Both the position numbers and the translations under genes were made by a program. The notes under the pieces were generated by a model that saw only the letters and a program-made list of their open reading frames with translations, did not search any database and was not told where the DNA came from. From an uncultured Bacilli bacterium (GTDB lineage: Bacteria; Bacillota_I; Bacilli_A; RF39; UBA660), in NCBI GenBank assembly GCA_944351765.1, contig CALVPR010000002.1, positions 1 to 63,430 of the forward strand: a DNA stretch of 63,430 nt, in the 5' to 3' direction. Numbering within the stretch: position 1 is the stretch's first letter; every line of letters starts with the position of its first letter. Shown here one piece after another: positions 38,723 to 47,949 of the stretch.

Positions 38723-40565
38723 TATATCCTATACCTAATACAATAACTATAATTCCAATTATATTTAAAACATTAGAATCAGAAATACCTGTGCTTGGAA
38801 CTTCAACAATCATTTCATTAGTCATATTTGCTTTAATTATTTCTCCATCATTAGTTATTTCAAACCACATTTTTTCAGGATTTAATAAGTACCCATCAGG
38901 AGCTTCTTTTTCAACAATGTAATATTTTCCAATTGGTAAGTCTTTTATAACAATTTTTCCTTGTTCATCAGTTCTACCAGAAAATACCAAATCATTATTT
39001 TCATTATAAATTTCTATTAATGTATCTGGTAAAGGTTTACTAGTTGAAAAATCAGTTTTTGTAAAATCAATTTCTCCTTTAGGTAATTTATTTTCTATAT
39101 TCAACGAGTATTCAACTACTGGTGTATATTGATCTTTGTATTTTAATTCAAAATAGTATTTTTTTGTATCTAATATATGATTTCCAACCGTTTCAATTTC
39201 TTGAATATAATACTTCCCTAAATATAGATTATCAAGACATGCATAACCATCACTATTTGTTGTTAATTCTGCAATTTTTGTCCCTGCTTTATAAATTAAC
39301 TTTCCAAGCGAATTATAAATATCTTCATTTGCAAACAAACCAAATTTTACTCCTTTAAGTGGAATGTTAGTATAAATATATCCTTTATCAGTTAATTTAA
39401 CATCTTCCCCTATTTTATTTATTTCTACTTTACCATATACTGGTTTATTTGAAAAGTCTATTTCAAATACTATTTCGTTTCCATTACTAACAAGTTGTGA
39501 ATCTTCATTTATTTCAAAGGGTAATGATTCATTATTCCATAAATATCCGTCTATTTTTTGATCTACTTCCTCAAGTTGATATCTTCCTTTTAATAATGGC
39601 TCATTGGTTAATAAAACACCACTATCATCCGTTTTAAATTCACAAATGTCTTCTTGACAAACATACTCGTTTGTGTCTAAATTTTTAATTTTAAAAATAA
39701 TATTACTTCTTTTTAAAACTTCTCCTGTATCTTTATCTTTCTTTACAACTTTTAATTTAGCTCCTACAACTTCAATATTTAATGAAACATAATTCGGAGA
39801 TAACATTCCTATTGACATTAATTTTTGATTATCACCTTGATAATATAAAATTGCAAATTCTGTAGTATAGCTCTTATTCACTAATGTTATATTATAATTT
39901 TTTACTTTATCTTCAACTTGAATTGTTAATTCATTTTTATTAATACTTACATTTTTTAAATCGCTAGAATATAATTCAAAGTTTTCTAATACTGAATTAT
40001 CATCTTTTAATGTTATTTTATTTCCAAGTTGTGTCTTTATTGTTTTACTATCAAAAGATGGTTTTATTTCATGTTTATTAACTAAATCTAATATTTCATT
40101 TTTTTGGTTACTTATATCATATTCTGGAGCATTTATATCTAAGTCAGTTACCCATTTAACTTCATTACCAGAAACATATTCCCAAATCAATTCTTGTGTA
40201 GCCAAATAATATTCTTTTTCTTGATGATTAGGATAATTATATCCATAATATCCTAATGTTTGAATATATTTAATTTGTTCTGGTGTTAAATTAGATAAGG
40301 AAAAATCAGTTGTTGAATTATAAATATTTGTATTTATTTTTACACCAGGTTCTATGCAATAAGCAATTTTACCATTTAATATATAACTTTCTGCATAAAA
40401 TAAGTGTACCCTATCATCACCATTATAAACTGCATACAAACCATCATATCTATTCTTTATAATTTCAGAATCATTAATATCTGCTTTAACGCAAAACATA
40501 TTACTCATCGTAATAATAGTTGTTAATATTAATGTTAAAATTATTTTTTTATTAATCTTTTTCAT
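38694..40565 (-). CDS. Cell-wall-anchored adhesin: thioester domain plus Cna-B/SpaA-like repeats plus VPSTG sorting signal
   Basis: 623 aa with a signal peptide. Thioester-type Cys in IAYCIEPG and Gln in ATQELIWEY. Repeats contain GKYYIQEIE and GKYYIVEKEAPDGY. The C-terminus is VPSTG, then a hydrophobic stretch, then KYKRK. Confidence 0.7.
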   Translation of the reverse strand: MKKINKKIILTLILTTIITMSNMFCVKADINDSEIIKNRYDGLYAVYNGDDRVHLFYAESYILNGKIAYCIEPGVKINTNIYNSTTDFSLSNLTPEQIKYIQTLGYYGYNYPNHQEKEYYLATQELIWEYVSGNEVKWVTDLDINAPEYDISNQKNEILDLVNKHEIKPSFDSKTIKTQLGNKITLKDDNSVLENFELYSSDLKNVSINKNELTIQVEDKVKNYNITLVNKSYTTEFAILYYQGDNQKLMSIGMLSPNYVSLNIEVVGAKLKVVKKDKDTGEVLKRSNIIFKIKNLDTNEYVCQEDICEFKTDDSGVLLTNEPLLKGRYQLEEVDQKIDGYLWNNESLPFEINEDSQLVSNGNEIVFEIDFSNKPVYGKVEINKIGEDVKLTDKGYIYTNIPLKGVKFGLFANEDIYNSLGKLIYKAGTKIAELTTNSDGYACLDNLYLGKYYIQEIETVGNHILDTKKYYFELKYKDQYTPVVEYSLNIENKLPKGEIDFTKTDFSTSKPLPDTLIEIYNENNDLVFSGRTDEQGKIVIKDLPIGKYYIVEKEAPDGYLLNPEKMWFEITNDGEIIKANMTNEMIVEVPSTGISDSNVLNIIGIIVIVLGIGYIAYDKYKRK

Positions 40566-40673
40566 AATTTCCTCCTCCTTTTTTATTAAGACATTAAAAA
40601 AACTTAAACTTTATATCAAAATGCTTATCTAAATAACCAATAGCATTGTTATGTTTTTAAGGTTTAAGTTATT

Positions 40674-40946
40674 TTATATTAAATATTGTTTTAAATAATT
40701 TAAATCATTAATCAAATCCAGCAAATTACATCTAATATCAGGAAATTTCTTATACTTTCGCAATTTTTCTTCAAAATATTTTGCAAGAGATTCTACATAT
40801 TCAACATCTTGTAATCTTTGAAAGAAGAATTTTTTTATATTTTTTTCATTTTTTTCATTCTTAATAGTTCCAAAGTATAAAAGCATATCATAAATTCTAT
40901 TGGGTAAATTATGGCTTTTAATAAATCTATAAAAATCTTTATTCAT
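40674..40946 (-). CDS. Hypothetical protein
   Basis: 90 aa, no motif recognised. Confidence 0.35.
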   Translation of the reverse strand: MNKDFYRFIKSHNLPNRIYDMLLYFGTIKNEKNEKNIKKFFFQRLQDVEYVESLAKYFEEKLRKYKKFPDIRCNLLDLINDLNYLKQYLI

Positions 40947-41368
40947 TATATAGAATGATCCTTAGTATAAAATAACTCTTCAAATTCATCTAACAATTCT
41001 ATATCAGAATCATTAAATGAAACCGCCCCATAAAGATCAATATCTTTTTCTATTAAACTATTAAGAGTAGATTTTATATCTTCAATATTATCAATATGAT
41101 GTATTGGAATCATCCAATTATTAATTAGATAATTTAACCTATACATAAGATCTTCAGTTTTCACACTTAAATCATCTTCATCAAAGTAATCATCAAAATA
41201 TTTACTAAATCTACTATAGATTATATCAAATAAATTTTCATCACTTATAATATCTTTTAAAATGTCTATTCTTTGTAATGGAATACCCTCAATGTTTTTA
41301 TATTCAAATATAGAATTTATATTATTTAAAAATTGTTCTTTCATTATTGAAAATACCCCAATATCCAT
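40946..41368 (-). CDS. Acidic hypothetical protein
   Basis: 140 aa, D/E-rich. Stop/start overlap with the next ORF. Confidence 0.35.
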   Translation of the reverse strand: MDIGVFSIMKEQFLNNINSIFEYKNIEGIPLQRIDILKDIISDENLFDIIYSRFSKYFDDYFDEDDLSVKTEDLMYRLNYLINNWMIPIHHIDNIEDIKSTLNSLIEKDIDLYGAVSFNDSDIELLDEFEELFYTKDHSI

Positions 41369-41583
41369 GAAACTAATTGTGTAGTTACTAATGCAGATAC
41401 ACCTGCAATAATTGTAGTTTTTATTTTTCTATCATAAGATGCTTTTTGATTATCATCAGAACTAGCCATTTTCAAAGCAAAGTCTTTTGCAACAAAGAAA
41501 GCAGTTCCTCCAATAACAAATAATCTCAAATAACCCATAGCATCATTAATCATTTCTAAAACATTATTTAATATTTCTTCCAA
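41344..41583 (-). CDS. Small two-TM membrane protein
   Basis: 79 aa with two hydrophobic helices. Possibly a minor T4SS component. Confidence 0.35.
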   Translation of the reverse strand: MEEILNNVLEMINDAMGYLRLFVIGGTAFFVAKDFALKMASSDDNQKASYDRKIKTTIIAGVSALVTTQLVSWILGYFQ

Positions 41584-41683
41584 TTAAAAAAATCCTCCTA
41601 TTAAGAGAACATCATGAAAGTAATTTTTTAATCTAATTTTATAAAATCTTATTTCATTCAATTTACTTATTAATATTCCTCCT

Positions 41684-42487
41684 TTATTTATTATTAGTTT
41701 CAAAAAATAATTTTAATTGTATTCCATTTTCAATTCTTCTTTTAATCACTTCACAATATTTATCAGTTATTTCAATTCCAATCCATCTTCGATTTAAAAC
41801 CTCACACGAAAGTAAAGTAGAGCCACTTCCAGATGTAAAATCCAAAACTAATTCATCAGACTTGGTATAAGTCATAATTAAATATTCCATTAAATTACAT
41901 GGCTTTTGTGTAGGATGAAATAAGTTAGTTTCTCTTGCGAATTGAATTACATTTCTTGGATAATTTGCATATTCCTGAATATACTCTTGCTTTGTATTAT
42001 CTTTTTTCTCTTTTAAATAATCTACTGATGATTTTTTATTCTTAATATTTACCGATATAAGATCCTGTGGATAATAACACATTGGGGTTTTACAACTAGA
42101 AACTGCCCCTGATTTTGAAAAAACCATTACATCCTCATAACACCTAAGTGGTTGATATTTAGCATTTTGAAAACCTGTGATTTGTGTTTTTATCCATTTC
42201 CAATCATACCTATATAATTTTTCATTACTTTTCCGTAAATTAGTAGAAAATGGTTCATTTCCAAATAATACAATTGCTCCATCATCTTTTATTAGTTTTA
42301 AAAGTCTTTCCCACATTTTATCAAATGGAATTAATTGATCCCAACTAAAACCTGTTACTGCATATGGTGGATCAGTTATGATTGCATCAAACTTATAATT
42401 ATTCTCAATTAAATAATCCATAACTTCTAGACAATCACCCTTATATAATTTACCAAGTTTTGTTGAATAGAATGGACTCATTTGCAA
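41684..42487 (-). CDS. DNA methyltransferase (N6-adenine/N4-cytosine, beta-class), orphan
   Basis: 267 aa. Motif IV IITDPPYAV precedes the AdoMet motif LDFTSGSGST. No endonuclease gene is adjacent. Confidence 0.75.
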   Translation of the reverse strand: MQMSPFYSTKLGKLYKGDCLEVMDYLIENNYKFDAIITDPPYAVTGFSWDQLIPFDKMWERLLKLIKDDGAIVLFGNEPFSTNLRKSNEKLYRYDWKWIKTQITGFQNAKYQPLRCYEDVMVFSKSGAVSSCKTPMCYYPQDLISVNIKNKKSSVDYLKEKKDNTKQEYIQEYANYPRNVIQFARETNLFHPTQKPCNLMEYLIMTYTKSDELVLDFTSGSGSTLLSCEVLNRRWIGIEITDKYCEVIKRRIENGIQLKLFFETNNK

Positions 42488-42564
42488 ATCTTATCACCTC
42501 CCTCAAATTAATATTTAGTTTTTTTATAATGAGTTCCCTATAAACTCATAAAAAAAAGATGAAC

Positions 42565-43092
42565 TTAATCATCTTCCTCACAAAACTTTTTTAAATCTAT
42601 CCACATTTTTACAATACAACTTTTCTTTATTTTTTGTAAATACGACTTAGATACACCAATTATTTCAGCAATATCATCTTCAGATTTATGTGCTAAAAAA
42701 GTATTTATTAAATATATTGCCTCATCACCAGTTAGTTTTAAACTTAAAATCATAATTGTATTGTAAACATTAGTCGTATGAAGTTGTTTATCAGTATATT
42801 TTTGAATTGCTTGTTCAATTTTACTTACATTATTTCTTTGAGTAAATCCTCCCAATTTTTCATCATAATTTGCAGAAATACTTATGCTACATTCAACAGG
42901 AAATTCATATAAATATCTTGCAGATTTGAAAGAAGTAAATAAACTTTGTAATTTTTTCTTAATTTCGATAATATTATAATTATTACAAATATTTTCATCT
43001 AATAATATATTATATACTTTATTCTGCTCCACATAATTTGAAATATTTTTACTAATATTTAATAATTGATCTAATGTTACAATGCCATTCAT
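42565..43092 (-). CDS. Sigma-70 region-4-like HTH regulator
   Basis: 175 aa with the C-terminal HTH EDDIAEIIGVSKSYLQKIKKSCIVKM. The rest is divergent. Confidence 0.4.
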   Translation of the reverse strand: MNGIVTLDQLLNISKNISNYVEQNKVYNILLDENICNNYNIIEIKKKLQSLFTSFKSARYLYEFPVECSISISANYDEKLGGFTQRNNVSKIEQAIQKYTDKQLHTTNVYNTIMILSLKLTGDEAIYLINTFLAHKSEDDIAEIIGVSKSYLQKIKKSCIVKMWIDLKKFCEEDD

Positions 43093-43318
43093 TGTTTATC
43101 CTCCTTTCAACAAAAAAGAGATTTTAAGGGCAAAAAACTCCACTATAAAATCTCTTCAATAGAAAAAGCATATTTTAAATTCCGATCTTCTAACAATATT
43201 CTGTTAGTAATTAATAAGTTGTCATTACTGTTCATAATTCAACTCCCCCACAAATTTGCCATTTATTTTAATAATTTTTTTAATGTTTGTCAATGCTTTT
43301 GGAAAAAAATGGAAAATA

Positions 43319-43353
43319 AAAATGAGCATCTCAACTGAGATTTAACTCATTTT
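43319..43353. terminator. Imperfect hairpin terminator downstream of the Gfo-like gene
   Basis: aaaatgag..tctca-ac-tgaga..ctcatttt. Confidence 0.4.
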
Positions 43354-43462
43354 ACTACATTATACTACTTGACAATTTTTTTTCAATAAACTAAATCGTA
43401 TGAATTTAATATTTAAAAAGTGTTTAAATAGTGTTTGAAAAGTATTTAAAAAGTATTTTTAT

Positions 43463-45184
43463 TTAATAATTTTCAACCATCTTTTCAATTAATGATACTT
43501 TTTTATTTCTAATGATATATTCTAAATATTTAAAATATAAATATGCACTTTTTTTATTTTTAAAAGTTTTACTTAATAACCCACCTGCAACATCTTTTGT
43601 GTCATCTATTGAAATAAATACTTCGTAGCATTTTTTTTGTGGAATATATCTTTCAAATGCATATAAAGTATAGATATCATTATAATACATACTACTATAT
43701 ATTTCTTTTTTTTCTAAATCACGATCTACGATTTTAGAATAATTTTTTAATCTTTTCGCTATAAAACGATATGTATAATCATTTCGTATGTCAATAGTTT
43801 CTATTTTATTAACCTTTGAATAATAATTATGAATCCCTTTAGCACAGGAATATAAAATTTCTATTGCAAGAGCTTGATCTCTTATGTCGCCTTTACAATC
43901 TTCATTATTTAAAAACTTTTCAATAAATATTTCTCTTGACAACTCATTATACCCCAAGAATTCTTTTTTTTCTTCATCAGTATACATATCCCCTAAACTT
44001 ATTTTTTTAAAAGGAACTTTATCTACTAACGGATTACTAAATATAAATATATCAAAATGTTCTAATCCCCCAACATTCTCTTCATCATTTGTCCTATCAC
44101 TTATTTCTTTTGATTGATAACTATGAACTTGTATATTAAATAAATGTCCAATTTCTATGTTAATTCTTTCATGTCTTATTCTCCCATTTTGTTTATAAAA
44201 ATCTTTTGTTTTAATCCATGCTCTTCTTGACACACCATTATGTAATAAATTTAAATTTGCAGTAGTTATGGTAAATCCATCTTTATTATAAAAAGATAAT
44301 AATCCATGATAATCTTTTTCACCATAGTAATCAAAAGTAGGTTTATCATTTTTTTCATAATAATCAGGAATATCTTGATTTTTAAATATTCTTTTATAAT
44401 CAGATACATTTAATATATTTATCTCATCATTGGGAGTAAATACTTTTGAATATACATCTCCATAGACAATTTTTTTATTATCACTTAATGAATCATTTAT
44501 TTTAATAAAATCACTTAACAAATCTATAAAATGATATCCACTATGAAATAATTTCCCATAACCATATTTGTATGGATGATTTTCTTTTTCCATATCGTGG
44601 GGCATTTCCCAAGCACCATCAGAATGAAAAATATCTATATTAGTTATTGGCATTTTAAATTTATCAACAACTTGAATAAGCAATTCTTTTATTTTTTCGT
44701 ATCCACGATGGTATTGCCTTTGACACATGACCTTACAAGATCCTTTACTAGTTTTAGCAAGCTCTAAAATTTCGTAATATTGTTTTCTTATTTTTTCTAT
44801 ACTAGATAATGATGTCATATTTTTACTAACTGTAATAGGTTTATCAGTTAAAACATTTATATTATTCTTTAATGCAAAATTCAAATACATAAAATGTGCT
44901 TTAGGTTCAGTAGAAATAATTAAATGAGTTATTTGTAGTTCATCACATTTTAGCTTTAATTTATTAAATATTTCAATAGGTAAATAATTATTATCTTTTA
45001 AAGAATCATCTATTATAAATATTTCAGTGGTGTTAAAACCATTTTCTTCTAAATATCTCTTTGTTATATCTTTTTGTGAAGCCAATTCAACAACTAATGC
45101 TAAATTAATTTTATGCTTTTTAAAAAAATTCATATATATTCTTTTAGCATGAGCTCCAACACCTACTAAAGCCACATTTTTCAT
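43463..45184 (-). CDS. Gfo/Idh/MocA-type NAD(P)-binding oxidoreductase domain fused to a ~200-aa unknown C-terminal region
   Basis: 573 aa. Rossmann start MKNVALVGVGAHAKR and ...NNINVLTDKPITV. The C-terminal third has no recognisable motif. Confidence 0.5.
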   Translation of the reverse strand: MKNVALVGVGAHAKRIYMNFFKKHKINLALVVELASQKDITKRYLEENGFNTTEIFIIDDSLKDNNYLPIEIFNKLKLKCDELQITHLIISTEPKAHFMYLNFALKNNINVLTDKPITVSKNMTSLSSIEKIRKQYYEILELAKTSKGSCKVMCQRQYHRGYEKIKELLIQVVDKFKMPITNIDIFHSDGAWEMPHDMEKENHPYKYGYGKLFHSGYHFIDLLSDFIKINDSLSDNKKIVYGDVYSKVFTPNDEINILNVSDYKRIFKNQDIPDYYEKNDKPTFDYYGEKDYHGLLSFYNKDGFTITTANLNLLHNGVSRRAWIKTKDFYKQNGRIRHERINIEIGHLFNIQVHSYQSKEISDRTNDEENVGGLEHFDIFIFSNPLVDKVPFKKISLGDMYTDEEKKEFLGYNELSREIFIEKFLNNEDCKGDIRDQALAIEILYSCAKGIHNYYSKVNKIETIDIRNDYTYRFIAKRLKNYSKIVDRDLEKKEIYSSMYYNDIYTLYAFERYIPQKKCYEVFISIDDTKDVAGGLLSKTFKNKKSAYLYFKYLEYIIRNKKVSLIEKMVENY

Positions 45185-45275
45185 TATAATTCCCCCTGAT
45201 GGTTATTTATTATAAAGCAACTTTAGTTATTTCAATAAAACAAAAAAAAATAGTGCTATGCAAAATTGACTAGCA

Positions 45276-45869
45276 CTACTTTTTTAAATAATTATCAATA
45301 TAATATTTTAATATTTCAAAGTCTCTTCTTACAATGAATTTTGTATGATAAACACTTTCATATTGTGAACTTACTAATTTACTCTCTGATTCCTTAATAA
45401 GTTTTAATGCTTCATTTATATCAAGCCATAATAATCTTGAGCCTTCATCAATTTCTTTTTGAGTAAAATTAACGTTCCCATTATCATTTATAACATTAGC
45501 AACATAAACATATGATGTTTGTCTAAAATTATCTTGAGATTTATATTCTTCAGTAATCCCTAAAAAATCTATTATTTTTATTTCACATCCAGTTTCTTCT
45601 AAAACTTCTCTTTGAAAAGCATTAGCAGGATCTTCATCTGTTTCAATACCACCACCAACTAATTTATATTCATTTTTTAATTGTTTATTCAATATAGCAA
45701 TTTTACCATCATTAAAGACTATTCCCCTAGCTCCAAATCGTTGCCTTGGATTCACCATTTTAATAGATGTTATTCCAAAATCTTCATCAGTTATTTTTTT
45801 TATACATATCATATTAATTATCTCCTTATAAATAAAATTCAAAAAATTTATACTAAATATTGTGTCCAT
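45276..45869 (-). CDS. NUDIX hydrolase
   Basis: Nudix box GGGIETDEDPANAFQREVLEETG. The likely true start is ATG 45812 (MICIKKITDEDF), after AAGGAG. Confidence 0.8.
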   Translation of the reverse strand: MDTIFSINFLNFIYKEIINMICIKKITDEDFGITSIKMVNPRQRFGARGIVFNDGKIAILNKQLKNEYKLVGGGIETDEDPANAFQREVLEETGCEIKIIDFLGITEEYKSQDNFRQTSYVYVANVINDNGNVNFTQKEIDEGSRLLWLDINEALKLIKESESKLVSSQYESVYHTKFIVRRDFEILKYYIDNYLKK

Positions 45870-45920
45870 AAAAGAAAAAACAACAAATATTTCACAAATT
45901 GTGTTTTTCAGCCTTTTTAA

Positions 45921-46481
45921 TTACCAAAAACAATTATCTACATTTACATTCTCTATTTCAAGAACATTTATTTGAGCAAAAGGTCCACCATTTCTTGAAA
46001 TATTTCCGTACTCATCATAATCATAAAAATATATATTTAAATATTCATAATTATATTTAAAAAAACCTCCTGTTTTAAATTTATATTTTCTTAATTCTTG
46101 TAATACATTATTAGTTATATCTTTAGCTTCTCTTTTTATTACCTCTTTATCAAAACTTCCGATTGGATAAAGAGATATTTGTAAATATGGGTAATGTGAA
46201 GTAAAACCCTGATATTTGTAAACTTCATTATTGCTAGTAATACTATTAAATATTTCCCCAATCTTTTCTCCATAGTCTTTTGAACTAATATCCAATATTT
46301 CTTCTTCATTTTTTGAAGGTTCTTCTTTTACATCTGATACTCCATCAATATTTATTGTATTTTCATCATCTACTTTTTTGTCATCTTCTAAATCGTTATT
46401 ACAATTTGTTATATTCAAAACAATTAAGGTACACAAAATAATTATTAATAGTTTTTTTTTCATATTTTTTCTCCATTTCAC
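45921..46481 (-). CDS. Secreted protein or lipoprotein, unknown function
   Basis: 186 aa. Signal-like LLIIILCTLIVLNITNC (non-canonical lipobox). Confidence 0.4.
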   Translation of the reverse strand: MKWRKNMKKKLLIIILCTLIVLNITNCNNDLEDDKKVDDENTINIDGVSDVKEEPSKNEEEILDISSKDYGEKIGEIFNSITSNNEVYKYQGFTSHYPYLQISLYPIGSFDKEVIKREAKDITNNVLQELRKYKFKTGGFFKYNYEYLNIYFYDYDEYGNISRNGGPFAQINVLEIENVNVDNCFW

Positions 46482-46542
46482 TCAAATTTTGTTAATTTTT
46501 CAAATATATTATATCATAAAAAAATTGATAAAATTTAAATTA

Positions 46543-47436
46543 TCAATCTTCTATTACAATTTTAATAAAATCTTTTGCCACTTTATTAATTGTTTTTTTA
46601 GAATAAATGATTCCGATTGAATTTATAGGCATTTCTTCTTTTAACTTAATCTTAATCAAATCATATTCTTTTACTTCTTCTTCAATAAAATAACCTATAA
46701 AATCATTTTCTTTTATAAAATCTGCCATTAATTTTGAATCAGGCATTGAATGAGTAGCAATTAACTTAATGTTATTCTTTTGTAAAATTTCATCTAACAT
46801 TTGTCTTCTACGAGAATTTCCTGATATGACCAATGTATAATTAGACAAATCTTTTAATGATTTAACATCATTCTTAATTTTTTCATAAAAAGATTTAGAA
46901 CAAGCAAAACAAGTTTCATATTGATGAATAGGTTTTACTTCAAAATCAAATTTTTCACTATAGTTTATATGGGGTAAATAATCTACTAAAATATCAATTT
47001 TATGTTGTAATAAGAAATCATTTAAGTTTGTTGCACTATCAGTGTTTATTTTAATTTTTACATTAGGATATAATTTAGTAAATTTATTTAAATATTTAGC
47101 AAGAGTAAAATCTGCAATGTTTCTAGTTGTTCCTATTGTTAATACTACATCTAAATTAGTAGATAACTGACTCGCTGAAAAGATGTCAATGCTATTGAAA
47201 AAATCATCTAATTGTTTATATAACCTCTCCCCATCAAGAGTTAACTCAAATCCCTTATTATTAGTATTAACTAATTTAAGATCTAAAATCTGTTCTAATT
47301 GCTTAATACTTCTAGTTAAACTAGATTGAGAAACATTATTTTTTCTACTAGCATCAGAATAGCTTTTTTCTTTTGCTGTAATATAAAAATCATGATAATA
47401 AATAAAGTTATTTCTTAAATCATATAATTCAAACAC
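46543..47436 (-). CDS. LysR-family transcriptional regulator
   Basis: 297 aa. N-terminal wHTH (FYITAKEKSYSDASRKNNVSQSSLTRSIKQLEQ) plus a LysR substrate-binding fold. Divergent from the protease gene. Confidence 0.8.
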   Translation of the reverse strand: MFELYDLRNNFIYYHDFYITAKEKSYSDASRKNNVSQSSLTRSIKQLEQILDLKLVNTNNKGFELTLDGERLYKQLDDFFNSIDIFSASQLSTNLDVVLTIGTTRNIADFTLAKYLNKFTKLYPNVKIKINTDSATNLNDFLLQHKIDILVDYLPHINYSEKFDFEVKPIHQYETCFACSKSFYEKIKNDVKSLKDLSNYTLVISGNSRRRQMLDEILQKNNIKLIATHSMPDSKLMADFIKENDFIGYFIEEEVKEYDLIKIKLKEEMPINSIGIIYSKKTINKVAKDFIKIVIED

Positions 47437-47949
47437 AACATCACCCCTAAATATGCTTTATATAATAAATGAAAATAAAAAAAAAGTCAAGTATATCAAC
47501 TTGTTAAACAAAATAAAAAAAACGATTATAGCGTTGATAACTTGCCAAAAAATTCTGATGATAAATAAATTGTTTTTATTGGGAATTTGGTAAATAAGGA
47601 GAATTATTAAGAATTATTCAAAAAACATATTATTTAAGATTTATTTATAAAACTTTAATTTGCCATTTCAATAATCTTATAAGATACATAAATATTTAAA
47701 TTATGTTATTAATACTAATTATATAGTTATTGTTTATTTATTATTTTAAAAAATAAAATATGTGTAAAGTTATAAAAAAAATAAAATATTTTAATGAAGT
47801 GTGATATAATTAAAATAGATATGAGCAGTATTAGTATCTATGATAGGTAGTTACTCAAAAAAAACTCAAATATTTATCGTTAATGAGTCTAATCTCTATC
47901 AGGTTAGGTGGTGAGAAAAGAAAAAGATATACAATAAAATTTTTGAAAA

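Noticed and set aside
45813-45869. An N-terminal 19-aa extension of the NUDIX ORF (MDTIFSINFLNFIYKEIIN).
   Set aside because: The internal ATG at 45812 has a proper AAGGAG RBS. The chromosomal paralog fragment aligns only from that point.
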